From positions 29,822-93,821 of the IMG/VR virus record IMGVR_UViG_3300010348_001730: a stretch of DNA of 64,000 nt. One strand, given 5' to 3'. Below are positions 9,947 through 19,981 of the stretch, in pieces. Under the pieces are notes generated by a model, which made no database searches, was not told the DNA's origin, and saw only the letters and a list, made by a program, of their open reading frames with translations. Each line of letters opens with the position of its first letter. Positions within the stretch are counted from its first letter, which is position 1. Made by a program: the position numbers and the translations under genes. Origin of the DNA: a virus. Lineage: Duplodnaviria; Caudoviricetes.

Positions 9947-10894
9947 TTATTTATCTTTTGTTTCTGTTAATTGAAAATTTTTCCAGATCATACTTGATCC
10001 TTTTTTAAATTGAGTAAAATCCCAATGTTCTCTTCTGGTTTCAACTCTGAATAACCAGTCAAAATACATTCCCCATCTTGAAGCTACGTATGGTGATGTA
10101 TTTAGTGTGGGAGCAGTATTAACCTCCAGTACATAAGCAGTACCTCCACATAACATTACATCAACACCACTCATATCTAAACCAATTGCGGCTGTAGCTT
10201 TAAGGGCTTCTTCTAAAACACATTTAAGATTTTGATCATCTACTTGATTCCAAGAAATATAAGTAAAAGGTTCTGTATCATTTTGTGCTCTATTCCAAGC
10301 AATGTTACCATTATTAGGATTAGATTTTTCCATTACTGCTAACACTTTACTATGTGCACAGTGAATTCTAAACTCTCTTTCTTTATTAATAAATTGAGAA
10401 TAATACCAACTGGAATTATTTCTAACGTAATGATTTACAAATTCTTCTCTTGTATTTAAAACTACAAAGTTTTTTCCTTTTGAATGTGTAAATGGTCGTG
10501 CAATAATAGGTAAATATTCTTCTCTGAATGTATCAGGTGTTACAAGAGCAGGTGTGTTTACATTGTTTGCTATAAATGTTTCTCTTGATAATCTTTTATC
10601 AGTAGCAATAGCAATTGCTTTAGATTGATTATAAACAATTGTTGTTTTATCAGTATCTATTTCTTCTCTTGTTCCCCAACGAACAACTATCGAGTTAAGA
10701 AAACTCATAGTTTTTTCTTTTATTAGCGTTCTAGTATTATTTGTGAATACACGATAATATTGTTTAAGTAGTTTTCTACCAATTTTACTAAACACTTGTC
10801 TTCTTTGAACTAACGTTCCAGATGACATAGACGCATATACTTCTAAAGTTGAAGGTCTACCATGTTTTCCAGTTAGTATTATTTTATTTTTCAT
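9947..10894 (-). CDS. ATP-grasp (RimK-like) ligase
   Basis: DKRLSR, PIIARP, EFRIH, GVDVM, VLEVNTAP. Confidence 0.85.
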   Translation of the reverse strand: MKNKIILTGKHGRPSTLEVYASMSSGTLVQRRQVFSKIGRKLLKQYYRVFTNNTRTLIKEKTMSFLNSIVVRWGTREEIDTDKTTIVYNQSKAIAIATDKRLSRETFIANNVNTPALVTPDTFREEYLPIIARPFTHSKGKNFVVLNTREEFVNHYVRNNSSWYYSQFINKEREFRIHCAHSKVLAVMEKSNPNNGNIAWNRAQNDTEPFTYISWNQVDDQNLKCVLEEALKATAAIGLDMSGVDVMLCGGTAYVLEVNTAPTLNTSPYVASRWGMYFDWLFRVETRREHWDFTQFKKGSSMIWKNFQLTETKDK

Positions 10895-11187
10895 TTTTTG
10901 ATATTTTTAATTCTTTGTTTAATTATTTCTACAGCTAATAGAAATTGTAAATGATCTGATGAAAAAAGTAAATCATATACTTTTTGTTTTATAAAAGTAT
11001 GTGAACTTCTTATTTTACGAGGTTTTAAAAAAAATTTATTAATTTCAGAAATAGTTTCATTATTTATTAAATTGTATATTGTTAAATATTTTTCATTCTT
11101 TAAAGGAATTTCATAATAACTAATTAATTTATTATGTTCAGCAATTTCTATTTTATAAATTTTTAATTTTATTATTTTTTCTTCCAT
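10891..11187 (-). CDS. Hypothetical protein (shared C-terminal motif family)
   Basis: LLFSSDHLQFLLAVEIIK. Confidence 0.6.
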   Translation of the reverse strand: MEEKIIKLKIYKIEIAEHNKLISYYEIPLKNEKYLTIYNLINNETISEINKFFLKPRKIRSSHTFIKQKVYDLLFSSDHLQFLLAVEIIKQRIKNIKK

Positions 11188-11582
11188 TTTATAGGAGATC
11201 TTAAATATTCATAATAATTTGGAAATATTTGTTTAAATATCACAGAAGCTAAACTTAAATTAAGTTTATCTGAACTTTCTAAAAGAAGAAAAAAATATTC
11301 AGGTATTTCCACATATTTAACTCTTTCTAAAACATCTACTGTAAAATTTGAAAAATCATATTTTCTAGTAGATAACTTATAAAAAATCCATTTGTAGTTT
11401 TTACCAATTGATTTACTTGGATCATTTATTATATTATTAATGTAATTATCTAAAATTATAATATTTAAATAGTAATACTGTTTTTTAATTCTACTTTTTT
11501 CAATTCTAAAATATACAGAATCACCATGATATCCTTTTACTTTTACAGTAGCTATTTCTTTTAATGTTTCATTCTTTTTCAT
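11172..11582 (-). CDS. Hypothetical protein (shared C-terminal motif family)
   Basis: LLESSDKLNLSLASVIFK. Confidence 0.6.
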   Translation of the reverse strand: MKKNETLKEIATVKVKGYHGDSVYFRIEKSRIKKQYYYLNIIILDNYINNIINDPSKSIGKNYKWIFYKLSTRKYDFSNFTVDVLERVKYVEIPEYFFLLLESSDKLNLSLASVIFKQIFPNYYEYLRSPIKWKKK

Positions 11583-11838
11583 AAAGAGTATTAATAATTT
11601 CCCAAGCTAATTTTAAATTATCTCTATCTTCTTGACTCGCTACAATCATCTCTACAAGATTACCTAATTCAAGATATTTATGTTTTCCTTCAGGATAACA
11701 CATTTGTTTATTATATATTGAACGATATATAACTTCTCTAACATTATACATTTGAATAGTTTTAGAAGATGTCCAAATTTTAATAACACTTGGAGTATCT
11801 TCTTTTTCTATTTTTATGTGAACTCGATAAATACTCAT
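11569..11838 (-). CDS. Hypothetical protein (shared C-terminal motif family)
   Basis: MIVASQEDRDNLKLAWEIIN. Confidence 0.6.
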   Translation of the reverse strand: MSIYRVHIKIEKEDTPSVIKIWTSSKTIQMYNVREVIYRSIYNKQMCYPEGKHKYLELGNLVEMIVASQEDRDNLKLAWEIINTLYEKE

Positions 11839-12155
11839 ATTTTATCACATTGAGCTTTTAAAATTTCAATTCCTAGTTTTTTTGTTAAAGGATCTGAAGA
11901 ATCTAACATACTAAATCCTATATCAGATAATTCATGATCTCCCATAAGTTCAACTTCATCACTAAATATTGAGTCAGAATATTGAATTTCAGGAAAAAAT
12001 ACATGTTTAATATCTGAGTTAACTAGTAAATAAAGTACACTTGTTCTCTTATTAATATAATAATCTTTACAACTACTAAGAGGAATTATTTCATAATAAG
12101 TTCTAGGATTAAATCCTTTCTTTCTAACTGTAACAATAGATATTTCACATCTCAT
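11835..12155 (-). CDS. Hypothetical protein (shared C-terminal motif family)
   Basis: MLDSSDPLTKKLGIEILK. Confidence 0.6.
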   Translation of the reverse strand: MRCEISIVTVRKKGFNPRTYYEIIPLSSCKDYYINKRTSVLYLLVNSDIKHVFFPEIQYSDSIFSDEVELMGDHELSDIGFSMLDSSDPLTKKLGIEILKAQCDKI

Positions 12156-12158
12156 TTT

Positions 12159-12410
12159 TTAATCTTTTAAAATCAGTTTTTTATCAATTCTATCTTTAAA
12201 AATTTTAATAATTGCTTCATTTACAATTTTAGATCTGTCTTCATCAATATGATCAATCCAATTTATTTCAGTTGTATATTCTGTTTCACCATATTCATCT
12301 TCATAAAGTTTATTAAAAGTAATTAAAAATCTAATTCCATTATATTGTCCTTTATAAATTTTAGTAAATTCATGTGGTGAATTATTTATACCTATTTTAT
12401 TTATGCTCAT
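12159..12410 (-). CDS. Hypothetical protein
   Basis: ORF overlapping the helicase stop, co-directional. Confidence 0.55.
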   Translation of the reverse strand: MSINKIGINNSPHEFTKIYKGQYNGIRFLITFNKLYEDEYGETEYTTEINWIDHIDEDRSKIVNEAIIKIFKDRIDKKLILKD

Positions 12411-13488
12411 TATTTCTGTTGTTTATAACTATTTGTTTTACTTTTTCTATTTCAGAAGATTGATCTGCTTTAGGTAATTCTTTGAAATAATTAACTGCTC
12501 CATTAAAATATAGTGCACAAATAGTACCAGCTCCACCAGATCTTCCTCCTAAAATTTCTAAAAAACGAATATTATCTTTAAAAAATTTTATATCATAACC
12601 TTCATATTCTGGTATATGATGTCTGAAAGGACTAAATAATCCAAAAATAACATTTGCATCTTGTTGTGTTGTTTTATTTTCACCTAAACCGTCAAGTGTT
12701 GGCCTAAGTCTATTTGCTTTCATATTATCAACAGATTCTTGAGCTGCAGCTTGTTGTTGAATTAATACTGGTATTTGATAATATTTATTTCTTAATTGAA
12801 TAAAATATTTACTTGACAAATCTCCAATAGCTTGAGCTACAGTTCCTCCATTTTCAGTTGAAAGTAATTTTGCGTGATCAACAATACACATTACATATTC
12901 TTCTGGATTATTTTCTTCATAATAATCATCTACTTCTTCATTAGTAAAAGCAACATTTTTTTTATGTTGTTTTCCATTTTTTAAAGCATACGATCTCATA
13001 TAATTAAATATTCCAAAAGGGTTTCTAATATTATCAATAAATTCTACACAAGATAAAAATTCATTAATATAATCAGAATGAGATTCTATAAAATCTAAAA
13101 CTTCAGAATTTATAGGATTTCTAGCACTAGATAAATCTGTAGGAGAAATTATTAAGCGCATATTACTCATAACAAAAACTAAATGACATAAAAATTGTAA
13201 AGTTTTTTCTTCTTTAGACATTTCTAAAGAAAAATACTTAATTACTAATTTAATAGGTAATTTTTTTTCTTTTATTTGTCTAAAAGGATTGTATACGAAT
13301 AAAAAATCAGTAATTTGTGTTTTACCAACTTTACTATTTGCTGTTAAAAGATAATATTTTGCTTTTTCAATACCAGGATTAAAGGCTTCAAACTTAGGTA
13401 ACCCCCAAGGGATGCAATTAATTTTTCCTGTTAAAACTCTTTCTCTACGATCTTTTATATATTTAAAAACTCTATCAAATAAACTCAT
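12397..13488 (-). CDS. DnaB-like replicative helicase (crAss type)
   Basis: TANSKVGKT, YFSLEM, IVDH, QQDANVIFGLFSP, R.GG. Confidence 0.85.
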   Translation of the reverse strand: MSLFDRVFKYIKDRRERVLTGKINCIPWGLPKFEAFNPGIEKAKYYLLTANSKVGKTQITDFLFVYNPFRQIKEKKLPIKLVIKYFSLEMSKEEKTLQFLCHLVFVMSNMRLIISPTDLSSARNPINSEVLDFIESHSDYINEFLSCVEFIDNIRNPFGIFNYMRSYALKNGKQHKKNVAFTNEEVDDYYEENNPEEYVMCIVDHAKLLSTENGGTVAQAIGDLSSKYFIQLRNKYYQIPVLIQQQAAAQESVDNMKANRLRPTLDGLGENKTTQQDANVIFGLFSPFRHHIPEYEGYDIKFFKDNIRFLEILGGRSGGAGTICALYFNGAVNYFKELPKADQSSEIEKVKQIVINNRNNEHK

Positions 13489-13649
13489 TTAATTATTTTC
13501 ATTTCATGAACCCATATCGATTTAGGAGTTCTTTCTCTTTTTATTTTTTCTTTAACCATTATCATTGCATTGTATGCATTGTTAGCAACAATTTGTTCAA
13601 CAATTTCATAAGAATCATCTATTCTAATATGTAGTTCATAATTTGTCAT
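13485..13649 (-). CDS. Small hypothetical protein (54 aa, not in ORF track)
   Basis: MTNYELHIRIDDSYEIVEQ...; start and stop overlap both neighbours. Confidence 0.5.
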   Translation of the reverse strand: MTNYELHIRIDDSYEIVEQIVANNAYNAMIMVKEKIKRERTPKSIWVHEMKIIK

Positions 13650-15187
13650 TAGCTTTTATAGAATTTTTGTGAATATGTTATTCCATTATAATTTCTAACT
13701 TTAATAATATACCATCCTATAGATAAAGATGAAACATCATTATTTTCAGAAACAAGTTTTCCTGAAAGATCATATATTTTTAATGTATAATTTTTTAAAT
13801 TAAATACATTTATAATATTGTCTTTTACAAAGATTTTAACACCTAAATTATTTACAATGTATGTTTGTTGTAAATCATTATAACCTTGTGATGTCCAAGT
13901 ATTTAAATTAGCAAATCTTATAGAATAAGCAATATTGTTGTTTTCAGGTAAATTTAAATATAATTTATATGTACCATTAGGTAAACTATATTGCGATAAA
14001 TCTGTAGCTATAGTACTTGTTGTGTTTTTAAACCATTTTCTAGTATTTACTTGTAATAAAAAAGGATAATCTATATTTGTAGTTGTACTTTTAAAAACTA
14101 GATAAACTTTTCTATTTTTCATAATATTACTAAAACCTGTATTATTTAAACTAATATTTAACCAGTTTCCAATAATTTGGCTATTTAATAATTCAAATCT
14201 GTAACCGAGTCTTTTTCTAACTTCTGTTAATTCTGTAGCACTCCAAGAAGATAATACGGAAGTATTATAATCAATATTTAAAGTTAACCAATTAGTTAAA
14301 TTCATTTCATTTAAAGCATTAGAACCTAAAGTTCTAGGTTGATTAACTTTACAAGTTTCACCTGTCATTGGTATATATTTACTATCATTTGATAAAAATA
14401 AATAATCAGATGTTCCTACAGGATTACCTGTTTGACCTGTACCACTATATGTACCAGAATCTCCCCATTCATTTAAGAAACAATCATTATAAAATCCAAC
14501 TCTTGAATTAAAAGAATTTACAAAAGCTGAAGTATCGTTTAATTGTGTTGTTCCATAAATTGTTTTTTTAATAGTAACATATCTTACTTGAATTGGAATT
14601 TCAGAATCAATATTATTAACCAAATTATCAAGAACTTCTTTTCTGTTATTCCATTGCGTTGTATTAATAATATCTCTTTCCCCAAATTCAGAAGAATTAC
14701 CTGTAGTATACCATTCACCCCATGTACCAATAAATCCAGCTTGTAAACTAATAATCACATCTTTATTATTATTAATTACAGAAGATAATTGTTGAATATG
14801 TTGTAGTATTAAAGATTTTACAGGCTGTTGAACAGCTAAAGTTTCATCTTTACTATATACAAATCTAATTACAGCTTTTAATCCTGAACTTCTTAAAATA
14901 TTAAAATCATTTTGAACATTAGTTAAATAAGAAGAACTAATTGTTGTTGTTAAAAATTGATTTAAATAAAATTGACGATTAATCACAGTAATACCTTCTA
15001 CTGTTCTGTAATTTGTTAAAACAGATTGTTGTAAAGGTACATATACAGTTGGTGCTGAAGAAGACATTGAACTTAATTGATGATAAAAACCTCTTTCAGG
15101 ATTTGTAACAACATTAGGGTCTACTTGATAATTTATTACTTGTGCTTGTAAATTAACACAAAACAATAATAAAAATAATTTTTTCAT
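13649..15187 (-). CDS. Secreted DUF4874/DUF4832 glycoside-hydrolase-like protein with T9SS C-terminal domain
   Basis: Signal peptide; NPERGF, QAGFIGTWGEW, GFYNDCFL, GET, RLGYRF; C-terminal IYDLSGK...GWYIIKV...KFYK. Confidence 0.8.
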   Translation of the reverse strand: MKKLFLLLFCVNLQAQVINYQVDPNVVTNPERGFYHQLSSMSSSAPTVYVPLQQSVLTNYRTVEGITVINRQFYLNQFLTTTISSSYLTNVQNDFNILRSSGLKAVIRFVYSKDETLAVQQPVKSLILQHIQQLSSVINNNKDVIISLQAGFIGTWGEWYTTGNSSEFGERDIINTTQWNNRKEVLDNLVNNIDSEIPIQVRYVTIKKTIYGTTQLNDTSAFVNSFNSRVGFYNDCFLNEWGDSGTYSGTGQTGNPVGTSDYLFLSNDSKYIPMTGETCKVNQPRTLGSNALNEMNLTNWLTLNIDYNTSVLSSWSATELTEVRKRLGYRFELLNSQIIGNWLNISLNNTGFSNIMKNRKVYLVFKSTTTNIDYPFLLQVNTRKWFKNTTSTIATDLSQYSLPNGTYKLYLNLPENNNIAYSIRFANLNTWTSQGYNDLQQTYIVNNLGVKIFVKDNIINVFNLKNYTLKIYDLSGKLVSENNDVSSLSIGWYIIKVRNYNGITYSQKFYKS

Positions 15188-15369
15188 TCTATGATTTTTA
15201 AATATTTTTTTTGATCAGAAGATTTTATATAACCTTTATATTTTCTATCTTTATACGAAAATAATGATAAATCTCCAAATGAATCTTTTTCAGCAAAAAG
15301 AATATCTCCAAAAAGCATTAATCTTCTTTTACCTAAAGTAGTAAAATTTGTTATAACTTCTAACTTCAT
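15184..15369 (-). CDS. Hypothetical protein
   Basis: ORF coupled by overlapping start/stop. Confidence 0.5.
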   Translation of the reverse strand: MKLEVITNFTTLGKRRLMLFGDILFAEKDSFGDLSLFSYKDRKYKGYIKSSDQKKYLKIIE

Positions 15370-15755
15370 GATGTTAAAAAATAATAAGTTAATAATAATT
15401 GTAAATAATGTAAAAATTGATCAAAACCAATACTTACAAAAAAATTATGAATTTTTTTATCTTCCCATAATTTAGAATTTAATCTACTAGTAAAAAAATC
15501 AGTTACTGTATGTGCTATAAAAGTAATACTAGTAAAACAAATTAATTGACTAAAAGATAAATTAGTACTGAATAAGAAATATTTAGAAGAAGTTATAATT
15601 CCTAAAATAAACCATACAATACTATAAGTAAAAGTATGTTCTAATAAATATTTCATACTTTTACTTTTATTTGTAGCTTGTTTGTCTGTTTGTGTTACAA
15701 AGTCTGCAAACCAATGTACAAATAAAATACTTAATACAATATATATATTAATCAT
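15366..15755 (-). CDS. DUF3307 membrane protein
   Basis: HWFADFVTQ, H...Y, HTVTD, GFDQFLH. Confidence 0.85.
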   Translation of the reverse strand: MINIYIVLSILFVHWFADFVTQTDKQATNKSKSMKYLLEHTFTYSIVWFILGIITSSKYFLFSTNLSFSQLICFTSITFIAHTVTDFFTSRLNSKLWEDKKIHNFFVSIGFDQFLHYLQLLLTYYFLTS

Positions 15756-15813
15756 CTAATTCTGACAAAAAGAACATTAATATAATAACTCCAAAAATAA
15801 TTGTCGTCATATT

Positions 15814-16458
15814 TTAAATTGAATTTGTAGTCCAATCATCGTTAGAATTTGAAACATTATCTTCAGACATTGTTTCAAGAATAATTTCAAATTCTCTTTG
15901 ATTTAACCAAGTTAATGAATTTTTCATATACGTCATGTTATTGTTTTTATTATTAACATCTTTACGTAATTTGATTTCATAACGTAATGCTTTAATAATA
16001 TCTTCATGAAGTATTCCTTCAGAAAGTAAAGAAAGATATTTTTTTTTACATATTTCTTTATTTCCTTTTAATAAACGAGTTCTTCGATATATTCCGTGCT
16101 CATCAGAACTAGGAAATGTCATCCAAAATTCGTCAAATTTATGTTGATTACTAATTGTTTTCTTTATTTCAGGTGTTTCTTTTAAAACAGTATTTTTTTT
16201 ATTAACAAAAGAATCTATTAAAAGTCTTCCTTTTTCTCTTAAATGAAAAGTTAATACTTCATTTTCATTAAAAGCTTTTATAAGACCTTTTGCTTCTAAA
16301 TCAAGATATGTGTTTAACATATCTGATTCGTAATATATCTTTCTAGAATTTGTTTCATAGCTGTATAGTTTATATAAAGCTAAAAATTCATCAAAAGATA
16401 ATCCTAAACGCTCAATTTCATCAATCAACTCTTCCCACATACGCGTATTATAAATCAA
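15814..16458 (-). CDS. Replication-initiator-like protein
   Basis: N-terminal wHTH-like part; FDEFWMTFP and YMKNSLTWLNQ motifs. Confidence 0.55.
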   Translation of the reverse strand: MIYNTRMWEELIDEIERLGLSFDEFLALYKLYSYETNSRKIYYESDMLNTYLDLEAKGLIKAFNENEVLTFHLREKGRLLIDSFVNKKNTVLKETPEIKKTISNQHKFDEFWMTFPSSDEHGIYRRTRLLKGNKEICKKKYLSLLSEGILHEDIIKALRYEIKLRKDVNNKNNNMTYMKNSLTWLNQREFEIILETMSEDNVSNSNDDWTTNSI

Positions 16459-16660
16459 AAATATAGCTCATACTTAAACTATATTCCATTTTTCGATGTT
16501 CAAGTTCATAATTTTCTGTTAATATTTCATGAACTTCTTTTGGTGATACTTCAATATTTAAAGTATCTTTAATTTTTTTAGAAATTATGTTTACATCTGT
16601 TGTTTTATATGACTCAGAAACTAATTCTGTATAAAATCTTTTTTCTAAATTCTCATTCAT
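16448..16660 (-). CDS. Hypothetical protein
   Basis: ORF between polymerase and initiator-like gene. Confidence 0.55.
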   Translation of the reverse strand: MNENLEKRFYTELVSESYKTTDVNIISKKIKDTLNIEVSPKEVHEILTENYELEHRKMEYSLSMSYIFDL

Positions 16661-16669
16661 TATTCATTA

Positions 16670-18550
16670 TTAAAATAATGTTAATTGATTATGACGATCT
16701 ATTTCGTCAATAATTTCTTGTGTTTTACTAATATAATATTGATAATTAATTTTATAATCTTCCCAAGATTTTTCTTTATAATTATTAAAAAGTTTAACAC
16801 CTTGTCCAACATTTACATGTTGAAATGTACCTGTATCATATTTTCTTTTATATAAATAAGGTGCTGTTTTAGAAAAATAATATCTATTTAAATTTTGTTG
16901 TTTTTCACCATTATGATAAACTGTAAAATCTTTACTAATCTTATTAGATTTACAATAATCAAATATACTAATATTATATTTTTCAGGATTTGATATGAAT
17001 TCTCTAGGATTAATGTTTTTAGTATAATACGCATTTAATGCTTTAGATATTATTACTTCATCACATGAATCACCTAAAGGTATTTCTCTTTGTCCTTTTT
17101 CATTAAAAGGTAATTTAAAAAGACCTTTTCTTTTAACATCTCCTTTTTGAGTTATTGCTATATAATTGTTAACATTTTTGTAAAATATTTTTTCATAAAC
17201 TTCATGTTCTAATTTTAAATTAAATAATTCAATAGTTTTATCAAGAAGTTCATAATATTTATTTTCTTGATCTACAGGCACAATAACTTCAATACCATCT
17301 GTATTAGCAGAAACAACTTTCCAATTATTTATAATACATACTTCAATACATTTTGTTAGAATTAATTGACCTATAAGTCTTAATCTCATAGCTCCTTCAG
17401 GAAAATATAAAAAACAATGTTCCATATCTAATAAACCTGAAGTTCCATTAAGAATAAGTTTAAAAAATAAATCTTTTTGTTTTTCTTTATTTTTTTTAGC
17501 AATAACTCTTTCTGTTTTAATATTTCCATATTGTTCTAATACTTCTGGAAATCTTATACATTTTTTGTTAATTATTATGTTAGGATATAGACTTTCAACA
17601 TCTGAAGTAATAACTTTATGTGTATCTGTAGTATAATATTTTTCATTTTCATTTACAGAATGTAATCCTCCAATACCATAAGTTAACATAATACTAGTAT
17701 TATTATAATTAACTGGTAAATTTTTACTAAAACTATTAGTAGAATTTAAAATTTCTTCATACAATTTTTTAAAAATAGGTAATTCAAATTTAGGATCAAA
17801 TCCTGTAAGAACATCTTTTAAGTAAATTGTATTTTTAATAAATCTAAGATCTCTTGTTAATTTAAGATTTTTACCTGTTATTTCACAATAATTTTTTAAT
17901 AACGCTTCAAGAGCTACTTTTGGAGCATCCCAAGACCAACAAAATAAACCATAATCTTTAACAACATTATGTCTAAGAATAATTTGTTCTTGTTGAGCAT
18001 CTGTAAGCATTTCTAAAATACCTAAATCATGAGTATAATTATAATATCTTAATATAGGTAAATCTTCTTTTTTTAAAATAGTATCGTGCTTATATGGTAA
18101 TTCCTGTATTACAGGATAGCCTAATTGTACACCTAACGCTTTAAGACTAATTTTTTTAGATATTCTAATACCTTTAGACCAATATAAAAATAAATCTATA
18201 TCAATCCAACCCGTATTCATATATTTAATTTTTTTAGTTGCTTCGTCATATACTGTAGTATTTATAATTTTATCTGAAAACCATTTTAAATCTGCAGTAA
18301 TATTATCCCAACTTAAATTTTTATAATTTTCATAATTACTAAGATAATATTTAATAACCATATTGTCATAATGAATACCGTTAAAACTTATAAGAAATCC
18401 TGTAAAAGTCATAAAAAAATGAAAAATTAATTCCCGATCATCTTTTTCTTCACTTATTTCATAAAAAGTAATTTCTTTAGTTTCATAATCTTTAATTCCT
18501 ACACAAAAAAAATTTTTAAATATTTCTATGTCGTATAATTTTTTCTTCAT
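16670..18550 (-). CDS. Family B DNA polymerase (crAss-like)
   Basis: Exonuclease YDIE, FNGIHYD; polymerase DVESLYPN, KLILNG.SG, SANTDG, VNNY. Confidence 0.9.
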   Translation of the reverse strand: MKKKLYDIEIFKNFFCVGIKDYETKEITFYEISEEKDDRELIFHFFMTFTGFLISFNGIHYDNMVIKYYLSNYENYKNLSWDNITADLKWFSDKIINTTVYDEATKKIKYMNTGWIDIDLFLYWSKGIRISKKISLKALGVQLGYPVIQELPYKHDTILKKEDLPILRYYNYTHDLGILEMLTDAQQEQIILRHNVVKDYGLFCWSWDAPKVALEALLKNYCEITGKNLKLTRDLRFIKNTIYLKDVLTGFDPKFELPIFKKLYEEILNSTNSFSKNLPVNYNNTSIMLTYGIGGLHSVNENEKYYTTDTHKVITSDVESLYPNIIINKKCIRFPEVLEQYGNIKTERVIAKKNKEKQKDLFFKLILNGTSGLLDMEHCFLYFPEGAMRLRLIGQLILTKCIEVCIINNWKVVSANTDGIEVIVPVDQENKYYELLDKTIELFNLKLEHEVYEKIFYKNVNNYIAITQKGDVKRKGLFKLPFNEKGQREIPLGDSCDEVIISKALNAYYTKNINPREFISNPEKYNISIFDYCKSNKISKDFTVYHNGEKQQNLNRYYFSKTAPYLYKRKYDTGTFQHVNVGQGVKLFNNYKEKSWEDYKINYQYYISKTQEIIDEIDRHNQLTLF

Positions 18551-18815
18551 TTCTAATATTTAAAAGTCAAACAAAAACTCCATAATAAATTACGGAGCTG
18601 TTGTTATTAATTTTTTATAATATATTTGTTAGGCTTAAACTGAACAGGTCGTTCAAATCTTAATTCTTCTTTTTCATTTTGAATAAAAGAAGATAATATT
18701 TTAACTTCCCTTTTAATTTTTGAAAGTTCAGATCTACCAGACATATTATAAAAAATCAATATTTTTATTCAGTGATTTGGTTTGCTTTCTCATCGTATTG
18801 AATTTACCAGAATGA

Positions 18816-19037
18816 TTATTCAACTTCAAAAGTTACAGCATGTAAATCATGACAAATATCATTAATATGTTGAACAACTTTTGTAAGATCTAAAGGTTTT
18901 CCTTTCTCATCATAAAAAAATTGTTTATTAATGTTTTGACTTTGAAACGTACCGTCTGCAAATTTAAAAGTTATAGTTCCGTTTTCTTTGTCTTTGATAC
19001 GAAGTAGCGTAGCAATCAAGTTATCTAGTTTAGACAT
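18816..19037 (-). CDS. Hypothetical protein
   Basis: Tightly packed co-directional ORF. Confidence 0.55.
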   Translation of the reverse strand: MSKLDNLIATLLRIKDKENGTITFKFADGTFQSQNINKQFFYDEKGKPLDLTKVVQHINDICHDLHAVTFEVE

Positions 19038-19038
19038 T

Positions 19039-19293
19039 TTAAGAAGGATTTAGCAAATTTTCAATGTTTGATAGAACCCCTTTGGATTCTTCAATGGAGT
19101 TTTTAGATGCTTCAATTTCAGCATCAATTTGATCACGTTGTAAAACAAGATTTTCAACGTAAACTTTTTCTTCATCAATTACTTTGAGAAGATCTTCTTT
19201 CATTTTTGTAAAAACAGAAACAATTTTTGTTCTTTTTTTACTAAATTTGGCTGAAGATTTAACCAAAAAACCAAATAATAGTTTTTTAACCAT
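19039..19293 (-). CDS. Coiled-coil hypothetical protein
   Basis: Heptad pattern; tightly packed. Confidence 0.6.
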   Translation of the reverse strand: MVKKLLFGFLVKSSAKFSKKRTKIVSVFTKMKEDLLKVIDEEKVYVENLVLQRDQIDAEIEASKNSIEESKGVLSNIENLLNPS

Positions 19294-19653
19294 TTATACT
19301 TCTAAGGTTTTTACTGTTTCAAAGAATTTGTTTCCTACTTGTTGAGGATCCACATCTTTAATTAAAACTTGTTTTTTTTGACTCAAGAGATAATTTGAAA
19401 CTTTTTCAACTCTAGATTCAGCAATTTCAGCTCCAACGGATTTTACAAAAGGATCATTTACATGATTACCTGCAATACCTATGAGAAGCGTTTTTGTTTC
19501 AGGAAAATATTTTCCTGCAAACGTTCTTCTCGTGTGCTTGTTGCCTGAAACAAAAGTTTCAACAATTTCAGGATTACCTCCTTTATTGACAACCTTCATT
19601 CTTTTTTTCAAAGAATGTGGTTTTTGGTGAACAAGATAGATTCTTTGTTCCAT
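19294..19653 (-). CDS. Hypothetical phage protein
   Basis: DPFVKSVGAEIA..R motif common in phage proteins. Confidence 0.6.
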   Translation of the reverse strand: MEQRIYLVHQKPHSLKKRMKVVNKGGNPEIVETFVSGNKHTRRTFAGKYFPETKTLLIGIAGNHVNDPFVKSVGAEIAESRVEKVSNYLLSQKKQVLIKDVDPQQVGNKFFETVKTLEV

Positions 19654-19753
19654 AATATAATAAATTAAAAATTACATTTTAAAAATTATTACACGGAGTA
19701 GTTTTTAAACTACCCCATGTAATAAAAACCAATCTACGACGTCCAATTCGTAG

Positions 19754-19827
19754 TGGTCCCACTTGGAATCGAACCAAGCACCTACTGATTATGAGTCAGT
19801 TGCTCTAACCGAATGAGCTATAGGACC
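19754..19827 (-). tRNA. tRNA with CAT anticodon (probably Ile2/lysidine type, otherwise Met)
   Basis: GGTCCTA/TGGGACC acceptor, ACTGA-CTCATAA-TCAGT anticodon arm, TTCGATT T loop. Confidence 0.93.
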
Positions 19828-19981
19828 CATCCAAGTTAATTAACTCTATTACTAGCGTTGATTAAAATTTGAGGATTTTTGTAAGTACTGTTTTGGACAG
19901 TATTTATCATCCATCTAATAAAATTTTTTTGTCTGTCAAGTTTTTCTGAAGGTCTTGAAGGACTTTGAGTTAATATTGCGT

